Shown: positions 58,984 through 64,000 of the stretch, in pieces | Position numbering within the stretch: the first letter of the stretch is position 1 | How the letters are laid out: every line of letters starts with the position of its first letter | Assembly: GCA_050949055.1 (NCBI GenBank) | Contig: JBMNFA010000001.1 | Location: 543,338 to 607,337, forward strand | DNA from: Bacillota bacterium | GTDB lineage: Bacteria > Bacillota > UBA994 > UBA5500 | Reading direction: 5' to 3' | Length of the DNA: 64,000 nucleotides | Notes under the pieces: generated by a model | What the model was told of the DNA's origin: nothing | Databases searched by the model: none | Seen by the model: only the letters and a program-made list of their open reading frames with translations | Made by a program: the position numbers and the translations under genes

Positions 58984-60702
58984 ATGAACCGTCGACAGAC
59001 AAAGCGTCCCATACCTGTAGGCAAGCTGACCAAGAGAGCGCATGCTGAAGGTGAACATGCTCAGCCCGAATCAAATGCGGTCACATCACCCCTTGTGGCA
59101 GCCTATGATCGGCGGTTGAGCAACAACCTGCAGGAAAACCTGACCATATTGAAGCAGCTTTTTGGCAGCGATGACGTGGTCTATCGGGAGTTCTGCATCG
59201 GTTCCGCCAACGGACTGCCGGCTGCCCTCATTTTTATAGATGAACTGATCGACAAGGATAGCATCCAGCGGGATGCCATGACCAATATCATGCTCAGGGC
59301 GAAGATTGCCCTGGCCCCAGGTGTGACCACCACCGATGGAATCAAACGCTTGGTAGCCGATGACCTATTGGCCATAGCCGAGCTGAAAGAGATCAAGTCC
59401 TACCCGGATGTGCTGGAAGCAGTGTTGGGGGCAGATGCCGTCCTGCTGGTGGACGGCATGGCTATTGCTTTCGCTATGGGTGTGAAAGCGTGGGAGCATC
59501 GCGGCATAGGTGAAGCGACCAACGAGTCAGCTATTCGTGGTCCCCGCGAGGCTTTCAACGAGTTGCTGAAATCCAGCTTAGCCCTGATCCGCAGGCGGAT
59601 CAAGGATCCGATGTTGCGGGTAAAGATGGTGCAGCTGGGAAAGCGCTCGTTGACCGATGCTGCTATCGTCTACATCGAGGGCGTGGCCAACCCTTATCTG
59701 GTGAAAGAAGTCTGCCGCCGTCTGGATCTGATCAAGACCGAGGCGATCATCGACAGCAGCTATGTGGAGCAGTTTATCCAAGATGCTCCCTTTTCGCCCT
59801 TCCCGCAAGTTCAGTGGACCGAGCGTCCCGACCGCACCGTAGCCGGCCTGTTGGCAGGCCGGGTGGTGATCATCTGCGACGGCAGCCCGAATGCCATCAT
59901 CGCCCCGGCGACGTTACCCAACTTTCTGCCGGCGACTGAGGACTACTATGAGCGCTGGCTACTTTCCAGCTTCGTACGCTTCGTGCGCACCTTCAGCATT
60001 CTAGCCTCGGTATTGCTGCCAGCGCTATATATATCGGTGATCAACTTTCACCAAGAGCTGTTGCCGACGACGCTGGCCATAGCCATCGCCGGTTCGCGCA
60101 CGGGCGTGCCGATTTCAGCCCTGCTGGAGGCTTTGACTATGGAGTTCACGTTCGAGCTGCTGCGGGAAGCCGGGCTGCGCTTGCCGGCCGCTTTGGGGTC
60201 CACCATCGGCATCGTCGGCGGTATCATCATTGGGCAGGCCGCGGTCGCCGCCGGTTTGGTCAGCCCGATTATGGTGGTGATCGTGGCCCTGACCGCCATC
60301 GGTGGGTTTGCCATCCCCAGCTATAATGTGGCCGCCACGTTACGCATCTTGCGCTTTCCGTTGCTGTTCTTAGGAGGCACTTTTGGCCTGTTCGGGGTGA
60401 CCGCAGGAGGCATAGTGATCCTGTTACACTTAGTGTCACTGAAGTCGTTCGGAGTGCCGTACCTCTCCCCGGTCGCTCCACTGACCATGTCCGCTCTGAC
60501 GGACACCGTGGTGAGGGCACCAATCTGGGCGCATCGGCTGCGGCCCCTGTTCTACCGCCCGCAAGACACCGAGCGGAGCTCGCGCAGGCCGAGCTACTAT
60601 CAGCGGCGGCAGGAGCTGCACCCAGACGGACTGGAAGTTGCTCCACTGCGCACGCCCAAGAAACGCCAAGGAGGCGAATCAGATGCAGACGCAGAGAATT
60701 AG
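58984..60702 (+). CDS. gerKA: Spore germinant receptor A subunit (GerKA-like)
   Basis: IRGPREAFNE, SPFPQVQWTERPD, EDYY, ELLREAGLRLP, GQAAV.AG, KSFGVPYLSP. Confidence 0.92.
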   Translation: MNRRQTKRPIPVGKLTKRAHAEGEHAQPESNAVTSPLVAAYDRRLSNNLQENLTILKQLFGSDDVVYREFCIGSANGLPAALIFIDELIDKDSIQRDAMTNIMLRAKIALAPGVTTTDGIKRLVADDLLAIAELKEIKSYPDVLEAVLGADAVLLVDGMAIAFAMGVKAWEHRGIGEATNESAIRGPREAFNELLKSSLALIRRRIKDPMLRVKMVQLGKRSLTDAAIVYIEGVANPYLVKEVCRRLDLIKTEAIIDSSYVEQFIQDAPFSPFPQVQWTERPDRTVAGLLAGRVVIICDGSPNAIIAPATLPNFLPATEDYYERWLLSSFVRFVRTFSILASVLLPALYISVINFHQELLPTTLAIAIAGSRTGVPISALLEALTMEFTFELLREAGLRLPAALGSTIGIVGGIIIGQAAVAAGLVSPIMVVIVALTAIGGFAIPSYNVAATLRILRFPLLFLGGTFGLFGVTAGGIVILLHLVSLKSFGVPYLSPVAPLTMSALTDTVVRAPIWAHRLRPLFYRPQDTERSSRRPSYYQRRQELHPDGLEVAPLRTPKKRQGGESDADAEN

Positions 60703-61768
60703 CAAACGCCAAGCATTGTTGATCGCTGTCACCACCGTCGTGGGGGGAGTGCAACATCCCTTGTTCCGGGACCTGATCCTCTGGTCTGGAAACGGCGCTT
60801 GGGCAGCGATCATCCTGGTCACCTTGGCCAGCCTGGCGATTTTCTTTCTGGCGCTGAATCTGGCCAAGCGCTTCCCCCGGCAGAGCATCGCCACCTACCT
60901 ACCCAAAATCTGGGGCAAGACCCTGGGCTACCCGCTGGTGATGCTGATGCTAGCAGGCTTCTTTTTTAAGGCGGCGTATATCCTGCGACATGTTTCCGAA
61001 TTCTTTGTGGCATCGGTATTACCGGAAACCCCGATCAGTGCGGTGATGGTGGTACTGTTGCTGGTCTCTGCAGCAGGCATCCTGGCAGAACTGGAAGGCC
61101 TGGTGCGCTTCAACGAGCTGGTTTTTCCGGTGATCACCATATCCTTCGCCTGGGTGCTGATTGCCAGCATTCCCAGGTTCAGCGGCTGGGAACTGCTTCC
61201 CCTGTTTGACAAGGGGCTGTCCGGCCTACCCAGGGCGTTCCTCATCTCCCTCGCCTACCCGATCAACTTGGCATTGATTCTGTTCATATTCCCGCTGATC
61301 TCGGACCAGGACGGGATTACCCGGGAGACTATGAAGATCTTGACCGTCGCCGGAGTTTTTGGCCTGGCCATCCACCTGAACATCCTCTTGACCTTGGGAG
61401 CGGCGCTGGGTGGCAGCTTCACCTGGCCCTATCTGGCGGTGGTAGAAAACACGCCGCTTGGACCGGAGCGAAGCGAAGCCATCTTCATGGTAGTCTGGAT
61501 GCTGGCGGCCTTCGTCTCAATCAGTCTGTTCTTATATGTGGTGGCACTGGGATTACATCAGCTGTTTCCCCGCATCAAGCGCAGCTGGGCAGGGCTGGCC
61601 CTGCTGCCGTTAGCCGCCTATGTGGCGTTGACATCTGATAACCAACCGACAGCGGTAGTCAGCCACCTGATCACCAATCGCTACTCCTTGATTGCCCTGG
61701 CAGGGATTCCCCTCCTCAGCTTGGCAGTAGCGACGATTCGCGGCTGCAAGGAGGAAATGCATGAGTAG
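60683..61768 (+). CDS. gerKB: Spore germinant receptor B subunit (APC fold)
   Basis: About 10 TM segments; LPETPI, ERSEAIF; operon position. Confidence 0.88.
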   Translation: MQTQRISKRQALLIAVTTVVGGVQHPLFRDLILWSGNGAWAAIILVTLASLAIFFLALNLAKRFPRQSIATYLPKIWGKTLGYPLVMLMLAGFFFKAAYILRHVSEFFVASVLPETPISAVMVVLLLVSAAGILAELEGLVRFNELVFPVITISFAWVLIASIPRFSGWELLPLFDKGLSGLPRAFLISLAYPINLALILFIFPLISDQDGITRETMKILTVAGVFGLAIHLNILLTLGAALGGSFTWPYLAVVENTPLGPERSEAIFMVVWMLAAFVSISLFLYVVALGLHQLFPRIKRSWAGLALLPLAAYVALTSDNQPTAVVSHLITNRYSLIALAGIPLLSLAVATIRGCKEEMHE

Positions 61769-63002
61769 CAGACTGATCACAGTTGTCCTATTGATCATGG
61801 CGATGATCGTTCCCCTCAGTGGCTGCTGGAGCAGCAAGGAGATCGAAACTGGCGGCTTCACCTCCATGGTCGCCCTTGACCTGACAGCAGACGGGCAGGT
61901 GGAGTTGACCTTCAGCTTGGCGATCAACGAAAACCTCGCCGCCGGGGAAAGCGGTGGAGGAGATGAAGTGCCGGCCTGGACAGTCAGCGCCTCGGGCAAG
62001 AACCTGGGCGAAGCTATCAGCGTGTCGCGCACTTTCAGCGCCCGCGTACCCTTCTGGTTCCATGCCGAGGCATTGGTCATCGGAGAGGATTTAGCCAAGC
62101 AGGGAATCGCTCCCACGCTCGATTATATGCTGCGCTCCCGCACCTTTCGTCTCAGCACTCCAGTCTTGGTAGCAGAGGGCAAAGCCAAAGACATACTGCA
62201 GCTCAATCCCAAGATCACCAAACTACCTGGCCGCTACCTGCATGACCTGCTGGACCAGTCAGAGCGAGGCTCGCTCAGCCAGCGGCAAGAGCTGCTGCAG
62301 GTGATCAAGAAGCTGATCGCGGGCCCGGGCGAAGAAATCTACCTGCCACTGGTTCGGCCCAAGCCAAGCGAGGAAGGTGAAGGCAAAAAGGGAGGCGATC
62401 CCGACAGTGAAGCGAATGGAGGCGAGGGAGAAAGCAAAGGTGGCGGCGAGCAAAAGCCACCGGAAGCGCTGGTGCTGGAAGGCACTGCCGTTTTCTCCGG
62501 CGACAAAATGGTCGGCAAGCTGAACGGCGCCGAGACCCGGGGCATGCTTTGGTTGCGCGGCGAAAGTGAACGAGCAACTGTGGTGCTGGAGGTACCTGGT
62601 GGGACTGTAGTGCAACAGCAAATCTATGCCCGCCGCTCGCTGCAGGTGACTGAGCAAGGGGGACAGCTGCGCGCGAAGATCCTGATCTCGCAGGACGGTG
62701 ACCTGTCGGAGCTCAATCTGCCAGAACGGGAGGTAAATGCAGAGACTCTGACCGAGTTGAACGCAGCTCTTGTCGCCAAGGTGCAAGCGGATGCAGAGGC
62801 AGCGCTGAGTAAGCTGCAGCATGAGTTGCGCGCTGATACCTTAGGCATTGGTGAACGTGTGTATCGCCTTTACCCGAAACTGTTCAGAGCGGTCGATTGG
62901 CGAGAAGTATTCCCCAAACTGCCGATCGAAGTGACGGTAGAAGCCAACTTCCGCCGCACCGGCGAGGCAAGCAACGCTCCGCTGCTCAAGCCTGGCCGCT
63001 AG
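61761..63002 (+). CDS. gerKC: Spore germinant receptor C subunit (lipoprotein)
   Basis: Lipobox LSGC-WSSKEIE, FWFH, LVIGEDLAKQGI, AVFSGDKMVG, D.LGIG. Confidence 0.92.
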   Translation: MSSRLITVVLLIMAMIVPLSGCWSSKEIETGGFTSMVALDLTADGQVELTFSLAINENLAAGESGGGDEVPAWTVSASGKNLGEAISVSRTFSARVPFWFHAEALVIGEDLAKQGIAPTLDYMLRSRTFRLSTPVLVAEGKAKDILQLNPKITKLPGRYLHDLLDQSERGSLSQRQELLQVIKKLIAGPGEEIYLPLVRPKPSEEGEGKKGGDPDSEANGGEGESKGGGEQKPPEALVLEGTAVFSGDKMVGKLNGAETRGMLWLRGESERATVVLEVPGGTVVQQQIYARRSLQVTEQGGQLRAKILISQDGDLSELNLPEREVNAETLTELNAALVAKVQADAEAALSKLQHELRADTLGIGERVYRLYPKLFRAVDWREVFPKLPIEVTVEANFRRTGEASNAPLLKPGR

Positions 63003-63225
63003 TGCAGCAATAAGCATGCCTTTCTGGGAAGGCCTTCGCCCTGCCCTTTCCCTTCCGGCCAAGCTGACGCTTGGCCATCGCCGTCGTCGGCACACTCTGC
63101 CCCCTCGTCCAGACTCTCACCGGCCACCTGCTCGCCCAGTCGCTTCGCGACAGCCCCCTTGGCAATTGGGCCAAGGGAGGGGCCAAGGGAGGAGCAATAG
63201 GCTGTGGCGCAGTGACTAGAGGCAT

Positions 63226-63250
63226 AAAAAGGGCTGTCATTCGACAGCCC
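63226..63250 (-). terminator. Terminator after rubrerythrin
   Basis: GGGCTGTC-gaat-GACAGCCC-TTTTT on the minus strand. Confidence 0.75.
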
Positions 63251-63259
63251 CTGAACCGA

Positions 63260-63793
63260 CTAGTAGTTTTCGCAAAGCAACTCGTAGAATGCCTGGGGAT
63301 GGGCGCAAGCGGGGCAAACCTTGGGAGCTTCCTTGCCCTTGTGCACGTAGCCACAGTTGCGGCAGTGCCACTTGACTTCCTCGTCCCGGACGAACACACG
63401 ACCTGCCTCCACGTTGGCCAAGAGCGCCAGGTAGCGCTTCTCATGCTCCTCTTCCACCTCGCCGATCTCGGTAAAGATCTGAGCGATATGATCGAAACCT
63501 TCTTCTTTGGCCACCTCGGCAAATTCCTTGTACATGCTGGTCCACTCATAGTTCTCGCCAGCTGCAGCTTCTTTCAAATGATTAGCGGTGTTGGAGATGC
63601 CACTCAGCAGTTTGAACAGCATTTTTGCGTGTTCCTTCTCGTTCTCTGCCGTTTCCATGAAGATGCCGGCGATCTGCTCATAGCCTTCCTTCTTCGCCTG
63701 GCTGGCCCAGTAAGTATACTTATTGCGTGCCTGGGATTCGCCAGCAAAAGCTGCCCACAAATTAGCCTCGGTCCTGCTTCCCTTCAGTTCCAT
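63260..63793 (-). CDS. rbr: Rubrerythrin
   Basis: [27 protein letters not shown], rubredoxin domain CRNCG...CPAC. Confidence 0.97.
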   Translation of the reverse strand: MELKGSRTEANLWAAFAGESQARNKYTYWASQAKKEGYEQIAGIFMETAENEKEHAKMLFKLLSGISNTANHLKEAAAGENYEWTSMYKEFAEVAKEEGFDHIAQIFTEIGEVEEEHEKRYLALLANVEAGRVFVRDEEVKWHCRNCGYVHKGKEAPKVCPACAHPQAFYELLCENY

Positions 63794-63925
63794 GTGTTTG
63801 ATTCCTCCCTTATCAATAGCAATTACTATTAGCTAAGAAGATGATACACCAATTGGCCTGGCTTGGCAAGGGCCAAGCGGGAGAATTATGAGAAAAATGC
63901 TAGCTGCCGCCGACAGCAGGCCGCA

Positions 63926-64000
63926 CTAAACTTCGTTTCTCCAGGCCTTGGGGGCGAGCAATGCAACGATCGTGAACAGCTCCAGTCTGCCCAGCAGCAT
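63926..64000 (-). CDS. trkH: TrkH/Ktr potassium uptake protein, C-terminal fragment (gene extends beyond the window)
   Basis: My translation MLLGRLELFTIVALLAPKAWRNEV* matches the conserved TrkH C-terminal MLLGRLE motif. Confidence 0.8.
   Translation of the reverse strand: MLLGRLELFTIVALLAPKAWRNEV

Noticed and set aside
62356-62470. Gly/Glu/Lys-rich insertion in GerKC
   Set aside because: Low-complexity loops at this position are common in Ger(x)C proteins.
62986-63549. 187-aa minus-strand ORF overlapping rubrerythrin
   Set aside because: It is an alternative frame of rbr extending into intergenic repeats, with no coding signal.

Overview
Core-chromosome window from a GC-rich, endospore-forming Bacillota (Firmicutes) bacterium. 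Left to right: the 3' part of rqcH; a reduced pyr operon (pyrR-uraA-pyrC-pyrK-pyrD) with a clear PyrR attenuator; rluD-lspA; yteA; a racemase; the ylm/divIVA block; nrdR with a degenerate class III ribonucleotide reductase paralogue; ylmC-spoIIR-sigG-sigE-spoIIGA; the dcw cluster (mraZ to ftsZ, lacking murD and murB); a two-subunit fumarate hydratase; and an unannotated SASP. Next come a spore-coat block (CotS-like protein, GNAT, four YheC/D ATP-grasp proteins, a COOH-NH2 ligase, CotE), queT, lgt, an MFS transporter, divergent nrdG/nrdD, an L,D-transpeptidase with an orphan solute-binding protein, a geranylgeranyl-reductase-family enzyme, a gerKA/KB/KC operon, rubrerythrin and the 3' end of trkH. 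No rRNA, tRNA, transposase, prophage or CRISPR array was found. The most striking observations are four. (1) A 557-codon uninterrupted NrdD paralogue is translationally coupled to nrdR and preceded by an NrdR box. It keeps the ATP-cone but lacks both catalytic cysteines and the Zn site, and a glycyl-radical-loop-like remnant lies in frame beyond its stop. (2) A five-ligase plus acetyltransferase operon is flanked by coat proteins with acidic tails. (3) A perfect 70-bp x3.4 tandem array upstream of lspA has a hairpin that recurs elsewhere in the window. (4) Several families of dispersed REP/MITE-like palindromes occur, including a perfect 64-bp palindrome. All assignments come from manual reading and remembered family motifs; no database search or folding program was run.
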